Origin: Candidatus Bathyarchaeia archaeon
Lineage (GTDB): Archaea; Thermoproteota; Bathyarchaeia; Bathyarchaeales; Bathycorpusculaceae
Reading direction: 5' to 3'
DNA length: 64,000 bases
NCBI GenBank assembly: GCA_049516875.1
Contig: JBEKSS010000002.1
Coordinates: 32,001-96,000 of the forward strand
Part shown: positions 30,884 through 41,101 of the stretch, one piece after another
How positions within the stretch are numbered: position 1 is the first letter of the stretch
Layout of the letters: each line of letters begins with the position of its first letter
Notes under the pieces: generated by a model
The model's input: the letters and a program-made list of their open reading frames with translations, nothing else
What the model was told of the DNA's origin: nothing
Database searches by the model: none
Made by a program: the position numbers and the translations under genes

Positions 30884-31762
30884 CTATTCGGTTTCTTTTT
30901 TCATTTTTTCGAGTGCTTCACGTATTCTTAGTGGTTTGTTTGTGAGTGTTTGTTCTGCTTTTTCTACGTTTAGTGAGGAGTCTTTGGGTCTTTTTGCCAA
31001 CCATTTGATGTTTTTCGCTTGTGCGGGTGTTATGTATTTTGTGTCGAGGTTGAAGGTTTTGGCGATGTGTTCGGCGAATTCGTGCCTGCTGAGGCGGGTT
31101 GCTCCGGCCGTGTGTAGGATTCCCTTGACTCTTCTTTCTAATGCTTCTATTATCATCTCAGCCATGTTGACGTTAAGTGTTGGTGAATTCCACTGGTCGG
31201 TTGCTATTTTGACGTCTTCTCTCTTCTGGAGTTTGTCAAGTAGCCATAATGCGAAGTTGGTTTTTTCTGTTGCGGGTGTTGAGCCGTAGATGACGCTGCC
31301 TCGGGCGATGCAGTAGTTGTCCAGGGCTTGGACGGCTTCTTCACCTTTCAGTTTTGTGAGGCCGTAATGGTTGACCGGCGCGGGTTTGTCTGTTTCTTCG
31401 TACATTCCCTTTTCTCCGTCAAAAACGTAGTCTGTGGACACGTATGTGAGAAAGACATCGTGTTCTTTGCAGAGTTGTGCGAGGTGGGCTGTTGCTTGAA
31501 AGTTTGTTCTCCAAGCGAGTTCTTTTTCCAGTTCGCATTTGTCTACGTCGGTCAGTGCGGCGGAGTGTATCACGGCTTCTGGTTTTATTTTTTCAAGGGC
31601 ACGCTGCTGGCCTTTGAGGTTGAGGATGTTGAGTTCGACGAGGTTTCCGTACGCTGGCTTGTGTTGGCTGTAGGCAGAGTAGACTTCGTGCTTGTTTCTC
31701 AGGGCCGTCTCGCACAGTTTCGTGCCCAGTAAGCCGCTTGCACCAGTGATTAAGAGCTTCAC
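30884..31762 (-). CDS. rfbD: dTDP-4-dehydrorhamnose reductase
   Basis: GASGLLG, TDVDKCE, STDYVFDG, YGLTK. Confidence 0.93.
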   Translation of the reverse strand: MKLLITGASGLLGTKLCETALRNKHEVYSAYSQHKPAYGNLVELNILNLKGQQRALEKIKPEAVIHSAALTDVDKCELEKELAWRTNFQATAHLAQLCKEHDVFLTYVSTDYVFDGEKGMYEETDKPAPVNHYGLTKLKGEEAVQALDNYCIARGSVIYGSTPATEKTNFALWLLDKLQKREDVKIATDQWNSPTLNVNMAEMIIEALERRVKGILHTAGATRLSRHEFAEHIAKTFNLDTKYITPAQAKNIKWLAKRPKDSSLNVEKAEQTLTNKPLRIREALEKMKKETE

Positions 31763-32766
31763 AGGGGCTCACTTTTCTTCCAGGGTGTCGGACTCAAGAC
31801 CTGTTCTGTCGCTAGCTGTTTCCACCATGACTCGTTGTGGATGTACCAGTCAACGGTGTCCTTCAGAGCCTTTTCGAAAGAATGTTTGGGTTTCCAGCCT
31901 AACTCTGAGCGTATTCGTGAAGAGTCTAGGCTGTATCTTGCATCGTGTCCCGGTCTGTCTTCCACGAAGGCTATTAGATCCTGATGTTTGCCCAGTTGTT
32001 TGAGGATTTTCTTAACAATTTCAATGTTGGACGTTTCGTTGCCTGCTGCGATGTTGTAGATTCGGCCTGCCTGTCCCTTGGTTAGGACGAGGTGTACGGC
32101 TTCGCAGTGGTCGAGCACGTAAATCCAGTCTCTGATGTTCTTGCCAGTTCCGTACAATGGGATCTTGAGGTTTTTGAGGGCTCTGATTATTGTTTTGGGT
32201 ATCAGTTTCTCAGGAAACTGGTAGGGGCCGTAGTTGTTTGTGCACCTTGTTATGGCCGCATTGAGCTTGTAGGTTTTGAAGTATGCGTTGACTAGCATGT
32301 CGGCGGCTGCTTTTGATGCGGAGTAGGGGTTTGAGGGTCTGGGAGGATCGTCTTCCGTGAATGGGTCTTCGGCCGTTTCCCCGTAGACTTCGTCTGTCGA
32401 AACTTGTACGAATCTTGCCCTTCTGTTGTGTTCTCTTACAGCCTCTAGAAGGGTGAAGGTTCCAAGTGTGTTGTTGTGCAGAAACTCGCTTGGGTCGGTT
32501 ATGCTTCTGTCCACGTGGGTTTCAGCTGCGAAGTTTACGATGGCCTCTGCTTCTACTACTAGGCGTTTCATGAGTTTTGGGTTTCGGATGTCGCCCTTTA
32601 CGAACCTGTATCGTTTTTCTTTGTCGATGTCTTTAAGGCTCGTTGGGTTGGCGCTTAGGCCTATTTTGTCTACGTTTGTGACTTCTGCGTCTGGATGCGA
32701 TCTAATTGTTGAGCGGCAGAAGTTGCTTCCTATGAAACCGAGTCCGCCTGTGACAAGAATTTTCAT
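31759..32766 (-). CDS. rfbB: dTDP-glucose 4,6-dehydratase
   Basis: GGLGFIGSNF, FAAETHVDRSI, STDEVYG, YSASK, DRPGHD. Confidence 0.96.
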   Translation of the reverse strand: MKILVTGGLGFIGSNFCRSTIRSHPDAEVTNVDKIGLSANPTSLKDIDKEKRYRFVKGDIRNPKLMKRLVVEAEAIVNFAAETHVDRSITDPSEFLHNNTLGTFTLLEAVREHNRRARFVQVSTDEVYGETAEDPFTEDDPPRPSNPYSASKAAADMLVNAYFKTYKLNAAITRCTNNYGPYQFPEKLIPKTIIRALKNLKIPLYGTGKNIRDWIYVLDHCEAVHLVLTKGQAGRIYNIAAGNETSNIEIVKKILKQLGKHQDLIAFVEDRPGHDARYSLDSSRIRSELGWKPKHSFEKALKDTVDWYIHNESWWKQLATEQVLSPTPWKKSEPL

Positions 32767-32772
32767 GGTGTT

Positions 32773-33285
32773 TCACTTGTAGGGTGGGAGGTTCCAGTCC
32801 CACGGTTTGCCCGTTCTCGGGTCGTCTTTCTTGCCGTTTATGATTTTCGGGACTATTTTCGGGTCGTTCCAGGGTCTCCTTTCTTCGTCCGGGCTTGCGT
32901 AGTCATAGAGCTTGGTGGTGAAGTAGACGAGAAGGGCGTTTTCGTTTCCCACGGCTTTGTATCCGTGCCAGTAGTGGCCTGGCATCCTAAGCACTTGCAG
33001 ATCCAGTCCTGTTGAGATTAGTTCGTCGAGTTCTTTTGTCTCTTCATCGTACGCGCATATTTTCAGGGCTCCCTTGAGGACTATGAAGTAGTCGACTTGC
33101 CCACGCTTATGTCGGTGCCAGGCGCGAATTATGCCCGGGTAGGTTGTGGAGAAGTTTGTTTGGACAGGTTGATCCTGACCTAGGAGTTCTTTCCAGTCTT
33201 GTCGCATGATTTCGGTGAAACACCCTCTTTCGTCGCAGGCGCGTTTTAGGGGTTTAGGTGTTATTCCTTTGAGCATGTCTTTCAC
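32773..33285 (-). CDS. rfbC: dTDP-4-dehydrorhamnose 3,5-epimerase family
   Basis: DERGCFTE, IRAWHRH, YWHGY cupin motifs; operon context. Confidence 0.9.
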   Translation of the reverse strand: MKDMLKGITPKPLKRACDERGCFTEIMRQDWKELLGQDQPVQTNFSTTYPGIIRAWHRHKRGQVDYFIVLKGALKICAYDEETKELDELISTGLDLQVLRMPGHYWHGYKAVGNENALLVYFTTKLYDYASPDEERRPWNDPKIVPKIINGKKDDPRTGKPWDWNLPPYK

Positions 33286-33286
33286 T

Positions 33287-34363
33287 TCACAGTTCTATGC
33301 ATGTTCTTTCTCCGAGGATGAATTTCTTTCCATGCGGTTTGGATTTGTTGGTGGTCAGTTCTGAGTAGGGACCGATTATGCTGTCTGTCATTCTTTCTTT
33401 CATGTCTATTGTGCAGTTGTCCATTATTATGCTGTTTTCTATTTCGCCTTTTTTGATGGTGCAGTTGTTTCCTATGCTTGTGTAGGGGCCGATGTATACG
33501 TTCGGTTCGATAACGGTGTTTTGCCCTATCACGACTGGGCCTCTGACGAGGGCGCCTTCTTTTATGGTTGAGCCATTGGCTGTGGCGACTCGGCCTTGGA
33601 CGGAGGCGTCGTTTTCGATTTTGCCTTGGGTTTCTGGTTTGAGTTCGTCGAGGACTAGGCGGTTGGCTTCGAGGATGTCTTCGGGCGTGCCGGTGTCTTT
33701 CCACCAGCCTTGGACGATTTGGTAGCCCACGTTGTGGCTGGTTTCGAGTAGTAGTTGGATGGCGTCTGTTATTTCGAGTTCTCCTCTCGCTGATGGTTTG
33801 AGTCTGTTTATCATCTTGAAGATTGCGGGTTTGAAGAAGTAGATGCCGGTCAGAGCGTAGTTGCTTGGTGGTTTCTTGGGTTTTTCTATCAGCTTTGCCA
33901 GTCTTCCTTTTTCATCGATTTTGGCAACTCCAAACCGTTGGGGATTCTTTACTTGGCATAAGAGTATCATCGCGTCGTAGTTTGAGCCTTTGAACTTGCT
34001 GACGAAACTGGTGATTCCGCCTTTCAGTAGGTTGTCTCCGAGGTAGACGATGAAGGGTTGGTCTTTAATGTAGTCTTTGCAGAGGCTTACGGCCTGGGCT
34101 ATTCCCTTCGGTTCGTCCTGTTGGATGTACTGAATATCTACGCCGAATCTTTTCCCGTTGCCGTAGTATTCTTTGACTTTTTCTGGGAATACGTTTCCAA
34201 GGACTATTGCAATTTGGGTTATGCCAGAGGCTTTCAGGTCTTCAAGCACGTACTGTGAGTTGGGTTTGTTTGCGATTGGAATCAGCTGTTTTGGGCCCGT
34301 GTGGGTTAATGGCCTGAGTTTGCTTCCGAAACCGCCGTGAAGAATAACACCTTTCATTCTCAC
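33287..34363 (-). CDS. rfbA: Glucose-1-phosphate thymidylyltransferase (long form)
   Basis: GGFGSKLRPLT...KQLIPIANKP, YLGDN, RGELEITD, WKDTG, hexapeptide C-terminus. Confidence 0.95.
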   Translation of the reverse strand: MRMKGVILHGGFGSKLRPLTHTGPKQLIPIANKPNSQYVLEDLKASGITQIAIVLGNVFPEKVKEYYGNGKRFGVDIQYIQQDEPKGIAQAVSLCKDYIKDQPFIVYLGDNLLKGGITSFVSKFKGSNYDAMILLCQVKNPQRFGVAKIDEKGRLAKLIEKPKKPPSNYALTGIYFFKPAIFKMINRLKPSARGELEITDAIQLLLETSHNVGYQIVQGWWKDTGTPEDILEANRLVLDELKPETQGKIENDASVQGRVATANGSTIKEGALVRGPVVIGQNTVIEPNVYIGPYTSIGNNCTIKKGEIENSIIMDNCTIDMKERMTDSIIGPYSELTTNKSKPHGKKFILGERTCIEL

Positions 34364-34470
34364 CGTGCTTCCTAGGCTTTCCTGTTATGGGAAAGATTGA
34401 TGCAATTCGTATTTAAACACGACTATCTGCGCGCGGAGTGGTTTGTGATGTGATGGCATTGTGGTGAGAA

Positions 34471-34518
34471 AGCCCTTGCTTTTGAGTACTCAATTCGTGT
34501 TTTTTTTGGGCTCAAAAC
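34471..34518 (-). repeat. Double-palindrome repeat, copy 5 (diverged)
   Basis: agcccttgcttttgagtactcaattcgtgt-t run-gggctcaaaac. Confidence 0.7.
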
Positions 34519-34679
34519 GGGTGGTTTGTTGAGGTTTTTGTTGTGCGTGTGTGTAGCGCGCGTGCGTTGTTTGGTGGCTTGGGCTTCTGGTTTTTGTAAT
34601 AAAGGTGTGTTTGATGTTCTGGAGTACATGAATCGGCGGTTCTGATGCGTCCCTGCGAAGTTCTGGTGGCAGGCGTGGG

Positions 34680-34883
34680 TCAGGTGTTGTATTCTTCGTT
34701 TTCTAGGAGTATGGTTGTGGTGATTGTTGTGTTTGTTTGTGGGGTAGGTTTGGGTTTTTGGGGTTTGGTTCTGGAGCCTGTCCAATAGAGGGTCCATCCG
34801 ATTAGCCAGAGGAGGGTTGTGACGGGAAGAAGTATCAGTATAACTGCTCTGTTGCGTACGCGTATGTTTCTAGGCAGTTTCAA
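34680..34883 (-). CDS. Small membrane protein
   Basis: One hydrophobic helix (AVILILLPVTTLLWLIGWTLYW). Confidence 0.55.
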   Translation of the reverse strand: MKLPRNIRVRNRAVILILLPVTTLLWLIGWTLYWTGSRTKPQKPKPTPQTNTTITTTILLENEEYNT

Positions 34884-35303
34884 GATTATGCCTGAATGGA
34901 ACTTTGCGGGATGTGGAAATAAGTGTTTTTGACATGTAGGTGTATCTTTGCATGTTATGGTGGGTCTGGTTCGGTTTGGCAGGATGGAGTTTAGGTCGGA
35001 AGCAAAGCATTTGCAGCGTTTGGCGGGGGCTGGAATTGAAGCGTTTGTTGCAATTCTCTGGGTTGAAGTTTTCCGGTTGTTTCGTTATGATGCTTTTGGT
35101 GTTGCGTTTGGGTGTGAATGATATTTTTCGTCGTGGAAGATATGGGACATTGTTCTAGAACATTTGCATAGATGTTACATAGAATATCGTTTAAATAGTA
35201 GGTTTTCAATTTGAAGGGTTTAGGAGAAAGAGATCGCGGACGAATGTGTGAACATGGGTGAAAATGTGTTCGGTTCCGCTCCTGTCAGGGAGGGATTGGT
35301 TTA

Positions 35304-35696
35304 GTGGAGTCTAGGAGCCGGGTTGAGCGGGATGTGTTTCGGGGTAGGGTTAAGGAGGAGTGGGGGCTATTGTGGGCGGAGCGGTTTGATGACAGGGTTA
35401 GGGCTGAAGGGGTTTCTGTTCGGGATTATCCGTTAGTTTTTGCGAGTCGCGGACACGTTATTTTTGCGACCAGGAACGCGAAGGCTCTGAGTTTTTCGCA
35501 GATAATGGCGGTTCACGCGTCTCAGGGTCTGGTTTATTCTCCTGATCCTGACGTTGGGGGGTGGGGCAAGTTTGCCCGGACGTACGTGGGCAGGGTTGCT
35601 CACTTGAGGGCCAGAGCCTTCGTTAACGGGCAGTCCACGCGTGAGAAAGATGGGCAGCATCGGAAGAAGGGCGGCAGGGGCTGGCTTCACAAGTAA
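35304..35696 (+). CDS. Conserved-looking hypothetical protein
   Basis: GGAGG SD; first gene of a co-oriented cluster; WAERFDD, GGWGKF, GGRGWLH. Confidence 0.65.
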   Translation: MESRSRVERDVFRGRVKEEWGLLWAERFDDRVRAEGVSVRDYPLVFASRGHVIFATRNAKALSFSQIMAVHASQGLVYSPDPDVGGWGKFARTYVGRVAHLRARAFVNGQSTREKDGQHRKKGGRGWLHK

Positions 35697-35774
35697 TGTT
35701 TCATAAGTAGCGCGTGTGTCTTGTCTTAGATAATCTGTTTTCCGCTGTTCTGTTTGTGTTTGGTTGTGTTTTCA

Positions 35775-36128
35775 ATGGGTAAGTACAGGGATGGGCTTAG
35801 GATCATAGCGGATATTCTGCATGCTGCCGGCAGCGGTTCGAAGAAGACTCGGATTATGGGTGTTGCAAACTTGAGTTACAGGCTTTTCGAGAAGTACTTG
35901 GGGAGGACGGTTCAGGTTGGTTTCTTGCGGTTGAACGATGAGGGCTACGAAGTCACAGAGAAAGGTCAGGATTTTCTCGAAAAATACCATGATTTATCTG
36001 GTAGATACTCGAAGTTGGACACCGAGCTTCAGAGCGTCCTGTATGAGAAGGAGATTTTGAAGAGGATGAGTCAGCCTTTGAGGAATGGCAAGCTTAAGGC
36101 GGTGTGTGGGAGGAAACGTCGAAGGTGA
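35775..36128 (+). CDS. Winged-helix DNA-binding protein (HTH_45-like)
   Basis: YRDGLRIIADIL...KKTRIMGVANLSY...YEVTEKG. Confidence 0.85.
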   Translation: MGKYRDGLRIIADILHAAGSGSKKTRIMGVANLSYRLFEKYLGRTVQVGFLRLNDEGYEVTEKGQDFLEKYHDLSGRYSKLDTELQSVLYEKEILKRMSQPLRNGKLKAVCGRKRRR

Positions 36129-36646
36129 AGGGTCTGCTCAGGCAGCGGGCTAAGAGTCTTGCTTGGCTGTTGTTGGTTCTGATTGTTGCGGGCTTGCTCT
36201 CGTACGGGTCGCCGTGTGCCAAGGGAGCTGACGATGCTTCGGGGAGTGTTGGAAACGCGGATGCTGCGGTTCGTCAGGCTTTTAACGCTGCTTTGGATGC
36301 TGAGAGGGCTGGGGCGAACGTTTCCGGTTTGATTGTGAGGCTGAATGAAGCTGGGGCTGTTTTGGTGGAGGCTGAAGTTGCGCTTGGAGACGGGAATTCA
36401 AGCGAGGCTGCTAGCAAGGCTGGCCAGTGTGTTGGAATTGCTGAAAGTGTCAGAAGCGAGGCTGATGCTTTGAAGACGTCGGCCTTGGATGGGGCACAGA
36501 CGGTTTTTTGGATGTATCTCACTTTTTCGGTGGTCGGCATTGCTGTGTTTGTTGCTGTTTTGGCGCTCGTTTGGCGACGGTTCAAGCGCGACCATGTTGA
36601 GAAGACGTTGAGTATGAAGCCTGAGGTGGCGCATAATGAAGCTTGA
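36104..36646 (+). CDS. Membrane-anchored helical hypothetical protein
   Basis: Signal peptide, AERAGANVSGL helical region, C-terminal TM. Confidence 0.7.
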   Translation: MWEETSKVKGLLRQRAKSLAWLLLVLIVAGLLSYGSPCAKGADDASGSVGNADAAVRQAFNAALDAERAGANVSGLIVRLNEAGAVLVEAEVALGDGNSSEAASKAGQCVGIAESVRSEADALKTSALDGAQTVFWMYLTFSVVGIAVFVAVLALVWRRFKRDHVEKTLSMKPEVAHNEA

Positions 36647-37232
36647 GGACTACAAGCAAGTTTTTGCCGCTGTGGGCTTGGTTGGCGTTTTGCTTTTCGC
36701 TACTCCAGCTTTGGGTTTAGTAGTGCATCTTCCAAGTGGAGAGAAGTTTTCGGAGCTTTATGTTTTAGGCTCAGGGCATATGGCTGAAGACTATCCGTTT
36801 AACGTTAGAGAGAATGAGAGTTACCTGGTTTATCTGGGGGTTGACAATCATTTGAGCAGTTCGGCTTATTATGAAGTCATCGTGAAGTTTGCGAATCAAT
36901 CTGAGTCTTTGCCTGATACAACGGCCGGCGTGCCCAGTTCGTTGCCGGGGCTGTACGAGTACCGTGTGTTTCTACAGGATGGACAGAGTTGGGAGCAGCC
37001 GTTGACTTTTTCGTTTTCCCAGGTGTCAGCTGCGCAAAATCGGTCGGTGGTTGGTGGTTTGCGGGTGAATGGTGTCACGCTTAGCGTGGAGAAGCCTGAG
37101 GTGTGGGACGACGGGAACGGTGGGTATTTTTATGAGGTGTTTATGGAGTTGTGGATTTACAACGTTGCCTCTGATGCATTTCAGTTTCACAACCGTTTCG
37201 TGGGCCTATGGTTGAACGTGACGGCCTCTTAA
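36636..37232 (+). CDS. DUF1616-like protein
   Basis: EKFSELYVLG...AEDYPFN...LWLNVT pattern typical of archaeal glycosylation loci. Confidence 0.75.
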   Translation: MKLEDYKQVFAAVGLVGVLLFATPALGLVVHLPSGEKFSELYVLGSGHMAEDYPFNVRENESYLVYLGVDNHLSSSAYYEVIVKFANQSESLPDTTAGVPSSLPGLYEYRVFLQDGQSWEQPLTFSFSQVSAAQNRSVVGGLRVNGVTLSVEKPEVWDDGNGGYFYEVFMELWIYNVASDAFQFHNRFVGLWLNVTAS

Positions 37233-37352
37233 GTCAAGTTTTTAAGGGCGACTGTAAGATACTTATAGAACTTTCTTCCTCTATCACTTAAATGTATGGA
37301 GGACGAAGGTAAATCATACCGTCGCAGATTAGCGGCTTTGGTGGTGCTCTGA

Positions 37353-38045
37353 ATGATGGGAGAAGGCTATCGGAACAGTGTGCTAGCTATTATTGCCGCT
37401 CTCAACGAGGAGGAGGGAGTTGGGCTGACGATAGCGGAGCTCCGGCAGTATTTGGAGAAGCCCTGGGTTCTCGTAGTAGACGGCAAGAGCAGTGACAGAA
37501 CGGTTGAGATTGCGAAGAATCTTGATGTGGACGTGATTTTTCAGGAGGGCAAGGGCAAGGGCGACGCGATAGCATGCGCGATCAGACAGGCTAATGCTGA
37601 TGTTGATTATGTTGCTTTCACGGATGCAGACTACACATACCCAGCTGAGTATGTTCCAAGAATGATTAGGATTTTGGAAGAGAATCCAAAGCTGGGAATG
37701 GTTTGCGGAAACAGGTTCAACTCACATTTTGACTTGAAAGAAATGCACAACATGTTCTATTTTGGAAACAGACTTTTGGCATTCACCCATAACATGCTGA
37801 ACGGCGTGGCCATGCGCGACCCGCTTACCGGCCTGAGAGTGGTGCGATGGAAAATACTGAAGAACTGGACGCCGAAGTCTAAGGGTTTCGACGTTGAGGT
37901 TGAGTTGAACCATCATGTTGAGAGACAAGGTTACGGCATAGTGGAGATTCCGATACCGTATAGGCCTAGGCTTGGAGAAAAAAAACTCAAGCTACAGCAT
38001 GGTGCCACGATTCTGAAAAGAATCTTGCTTGAGACTCTCTACTAG
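37353..38045 (+). CDS. GT2 glycosyltransferase (dolichol-phosphate sugar synthase-like)
   Basis: AALNEEEG, VVDGKSSD, DADYTYP, YRPRLGEKKL. Confidence 0.9.
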   Translation: MMGEGYRNSVLAIIAALNEEEGVGLTIAELRQYLEKPWVLVVDGKSSDRTVEIAKNLDVDVIFQEGKGKGDAIACAIRQANADVDYVAFTDADYTYPAEYVPRMIRILEENPKLGMVCGNRFNSHFDLKEMHNMFYFGNRLLAFTHNMLNGVAMRDPLTGLRVVRWKILKNWTPKSKGFDVEVELNHHVERQGYGIVEIPIPYRPRLGEKKLKLQHGATILKRILLETLY

Positions 38046-38094
38046 TTCGCCTCACAGTTCTGCAACGGCCGCTAATGGAGCTGAAAAAGGGGAA

Positions 38095-39072
38095 ATGGGG
38101 AATTCTTCTCACAAGGTTCTTGTGACAGGTGGGGCTGGCTTCATAGGCAGCCATCTTGTGGATAGGCTGCTCGCTGAAGGGTTTGAAGTTACGGTTCTGG
38201 ATGATTTCTCGAGTGGCAAAATGCAGAATATTTCTCATCACAAGAACGCGAAAGAGTTGCATGTTGTTCACGGCGACGTTAGAGATACAGGATTAGTCAA
38301 GAACGTTGTTGAAGATGTTGATTCGATTTTTCATGAGGCTGCATTGGTGGATGTGGCGTTGTCGGTTGAGGAGCCGTTTTTGTTCAACGACGTTAATGTT
38401 GTTGGTACTCTTAATCTTCTGAGGGTCTGTGCAGATTCGGGCATTAAGCGTTTTGTTTTCGCATCTTCGGCTGCTGTGTATGGCATTTCTGGGCCTGCGA
38501 AGAAAAGGGAGGGTATGCTTCCAAGGCCGATTTCGCCATATGGAGTCACAAAATTGGCATCTGAGAATTATGTTCGAGTCTTCAGCGAACTGTGTGGTTT
38601 GGAGACTGTATGCTTAAGATACTTTAATGTTTATGGTCCCAGACAGGGTGTTGGCTCTAGCTATAGTGGCGTGATAACCGCCTTTTTAAGTCGCTTGCTG
38701 AACAGTCAAGCACCTGTTATTCATGGGGACGGGAGGCAGACTAGAGACTTCGTGAATGTGGATGACGTTGTAGCTGCAAATATGCTTGCATTAAAGAGTA
38801 AGAATGCTGTTGGCGAGGTTTTTAACATTGCGAGCGGCAGGGCAACTACCATTAGTGATTTGGCAAAAGTTATGCAAAGAATCACAGAAAAGGAATGCTT
38901 GAAACCTGTTTATGCTGAGCCACGGCCAGGCGATATTAAACATTGTTGGGCAGACATCACTAAGGCTGAACGCCTTCTCGGTTTCCATCCGAAAGTCAAG
39001 ATTGATGGCGGCTTATTGAAGCTAGTCCGTGGGCATCGCGATGCAAAGTATTCTATGCGGTTATCTGATTGA
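38095..39072 (+). CDS. NAD-dependent nucleotide-sugar epimerase (UDP-glucose 4-epimerase-like)
   Basis: VTGGAGFIGSH, SSAAVYG, YGVTK, RYFNVYGPRQ; likely ATG 38095. Confidence 0.92.
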   Translation: MGNSSHKVLVTGGAGFIGSHLVDRLLAEGFEVTVLDDFSSGKMQNISHHKNAKELHVVHGDVRDTGLVKNVVEDVDSIFHEAALVDVALSVEEPFLFNDVNVVGTLNLLRVCADSGIKRFVFASSAAVYGISGPAKKREGMLPRPISPYGVTKLASENYVRVFSELCGLETVCLRYFNVYGPRQGVGSSYSGVITAFLSRLLNSQAPVIHGDGRQTRDFVNVDDVVAANMLALKSKNAVGEVFNIASGRATTISDLAKVMQRITEKECLKPVYAEPRPGDIKHCWADITKAERLLGFHPKVKIDGGLLKLVRGHRDAKYSMRLSD

Positions 39073-39185
39073 TACCTGCGGGAAACTGCTTTTCAGCCTT
39101 GAAGGCAGGAATTGTAGTTTTTGTTCTGTAATTCTTAACCACAGTGCGCGTGCGTTGGCAACAGATTGATTGGAGGCGCGAATGA

Positions 39186-40193
39186 TTGGATGACGAAGGC
39201 TTGAAGGTTGCCGTTGTTGGATTGGGCAAGATGGGGCTGCTTCATGCCGGTATTCTGAACACTTTGGAAGGTGTCAAACTTGCTGCGGTGTGTGACAAGA
39301 GTGGTTTGATTCGGAGATTTCTTAGGAAGCTACTTGGCGAAGTTAAAATTGTAGGTGATTTGGAGAAGCTATCTGACTTGGGCCTTGACGTAGTTTATGT
39401 GACCACGCCTATACCTTCTCATTTCCCTGTTACGAGGAGCATTTATTCAAGGCGAATAGCACGGAATGTGTTTGTGGAAAAGACGCTTGCGTCAAGTTAT
39501 GACGAAGCTAAGGGCATGTGTCGCTTGGCTCAAGACTCTGGAGGTGTTAACATGGTTGGTTACATGAAAAGATTTGCGGTTACCTTTAGGAAGGCTAAGG
39601 AGTTGCTGGATCATGGGGATCTAGGAGATGTAACTTCTTTTGATGCATATGGTTACTCATCGGATTTTCTGGGTGTTGAAAGAGATTCAGGGACCTCTGG
39701 ATCTCGAGGAGGGGTTCTTGCAGATCTAGGCTCTCATGTGATCGATTTGGCTCTCTGGTTTTTCGGCGACCTAGAGGTTGATACAGCGAGGCTAGAACCA
39801 ACAAAGAAAGCAGGTCTTGAGGATTCTGTATCCTTCACGGTGAGGAATTCCAAGGATCTAAAGGGTAGCTTTGACATATCGTGGTGCAAGGAGGGTTATC
39901 GCATGCCTGAGTCTGGGATACTTGTGATAGGTTCGGAGGGGATCATTAAAATGGATGATGATAAAGTAGAGTTGATACCTGCTCATGGCAAGCCAATCAG
40001 ATGGCATAAGCATGATCTTGATGACAGTGTGGGTTTCCTGCTAGGAGGGTCGGAATATTTCCGTGAAGATGAATATTTCATTAAATCGGTTTCAAATGGC
40101 AAAATGGCGGAGCCCAGTTTCAGCACGGCTTCAAGAGTTGATTGCATTATCACTCAGGTGAAAACCAAAGCTGACCAGGACGGACAAAGATGA
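39186..40193 (+). CDS. Gfo/Idh/MocA oxidoreductase
   Basis: VGLGKMG, VEKT, DLGSHVID. Confidence 0.9.
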   Translation: MDDEGLKVAVVGLGKMGLLHAGILNTLEGVKLAAVCDKSGLIRRFLRKLLGEVKIVGDLEKLSDLGLDVVYVTTPIPSHFPVTRSIYSRRIARNVFVEKTLASSYDEAKGMCRLAQDSGGVNMVGYMKRFAVTFRKAKELLDHGDLGDVTSFDAYGYSSDFLGVERDSGTSGSRGGVLADLGSHVIDLALWFFGDLEVDTARLEPTKKAGLEDSVSFTVRNSKDLKGSFDISWCKEGYRMPESGILVIGSEGIIKMDDDKVELIPAHGKPIRWHKHDLDDSVGFLLGGSEYFREDEYFIKSVSNGKMAEPSFSTASRVDCIITQVKTKADQDGQR

Positions 40194-41089
40194 TATTCCT
40201 CGTTGGCGACAACCCGTTTCATGGCATCAGTCATCTTTCACAAGAGCGTGTCAGAGTCAGAGGTGACGCCGCTACTTCTCCAGACTATGCTGCTGGACTA
40301 GTTATGACTTCAGTGGAGAATGGAGCGAACGGCTTCATGTTCTCAGTCAGTGATACAACGCTTTCAATACTGAGAATAATCCGTCAACGAGGAAATGAGC
40401 CTCTGAGCCTTTATGCTCTTGTTCCCTACGCGTATGAATACGTTAGGCTGGCTACTCAGGTTGGAGGAATTTCTGGTCTCGCCAAGAAGCTTGCTGGGCA
40501 GCTAGTGCTTTCCGCGAACTTGAAAGCAGTCGCAATGGGTTTGAAAGGAGTCATAGGGGCAGATTCTGTGGCTCTTTTGAAAGCCTACGTGTCTTATGAA
40601 GTTTCTAGAATAAGGTCGGCAGCAGGCAAATCTGGAAAACTGGAATCAGTGTTGCTGCATGAAATAATAACCGACTTGGCATTAGGTCTCAATCTGAATC
40701 ATCTTTTTGAATCGTACGTGGATTTCATGCTGAAGCTCGGCATAAAACCGGGCTTTGAAACCAGAAACTTTTCTTATTTTGTGAGCAGATTGAAAGAATT
40801 GGGTATTGATTTGCACGATGTTATGATTGCTACACCTTTCAACAAAGTCGGGTTTCAAATGAATCCTTCTAGAAGTGAATGCGAGAAAGTGCTAGCACAA
40901 GTTCCAGAATCCGATGTAATAGCTATGAGCATATTAGCAGCTGGGTACCTCAATCTTCCTGAAGCAATAGAGTATATAGAAGGTTTACCGAACCTAAAGG
41001 GAATTGTTGTAGGTGTGTCAAAGGAACGGCATGCATGTGAAACATTCCGACTCCTCCAGAAGGAATCAGACAATCGCGTTAGGCCGTAG
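40190..41089 (+). CDS. Hypothetical protein (possibly TIM-barrel) of the glycosylation cluster
   Basis: GDNPFHGISHLS, PFNKVGFQM, AMSILAAG; ATGA overlap with the upstream gene. Confidence 0.7.
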   Translation: MIFLVGDNPFHGISHLSQERVRVRGDAATSPDYAAGLVMTSVENGANGFMFSVSDTTLSILRIIRQRGNEPLSLYALVPYAYEYVRLATQVGGISGLAKKLAGQLVLSANLKAVAMGLKGVIGADSVALLKAYVSYEVSRIRSAAGKSGKLESVLLHEIITDLALGLNLNHLFESYVDFMLKLGIKPGFETRNFSYFVSRLKELGIDLHDVMIATPFNKVGFQMNPSRSECEKVLAQVPESDVIAMSILAAGYLNLPEAIEYIEGLPNLKGIVVGVSKERHACETFRLLQKESDNRVRP

Positions 41090-41101
41090 AAGAAGCGCGT
41101 T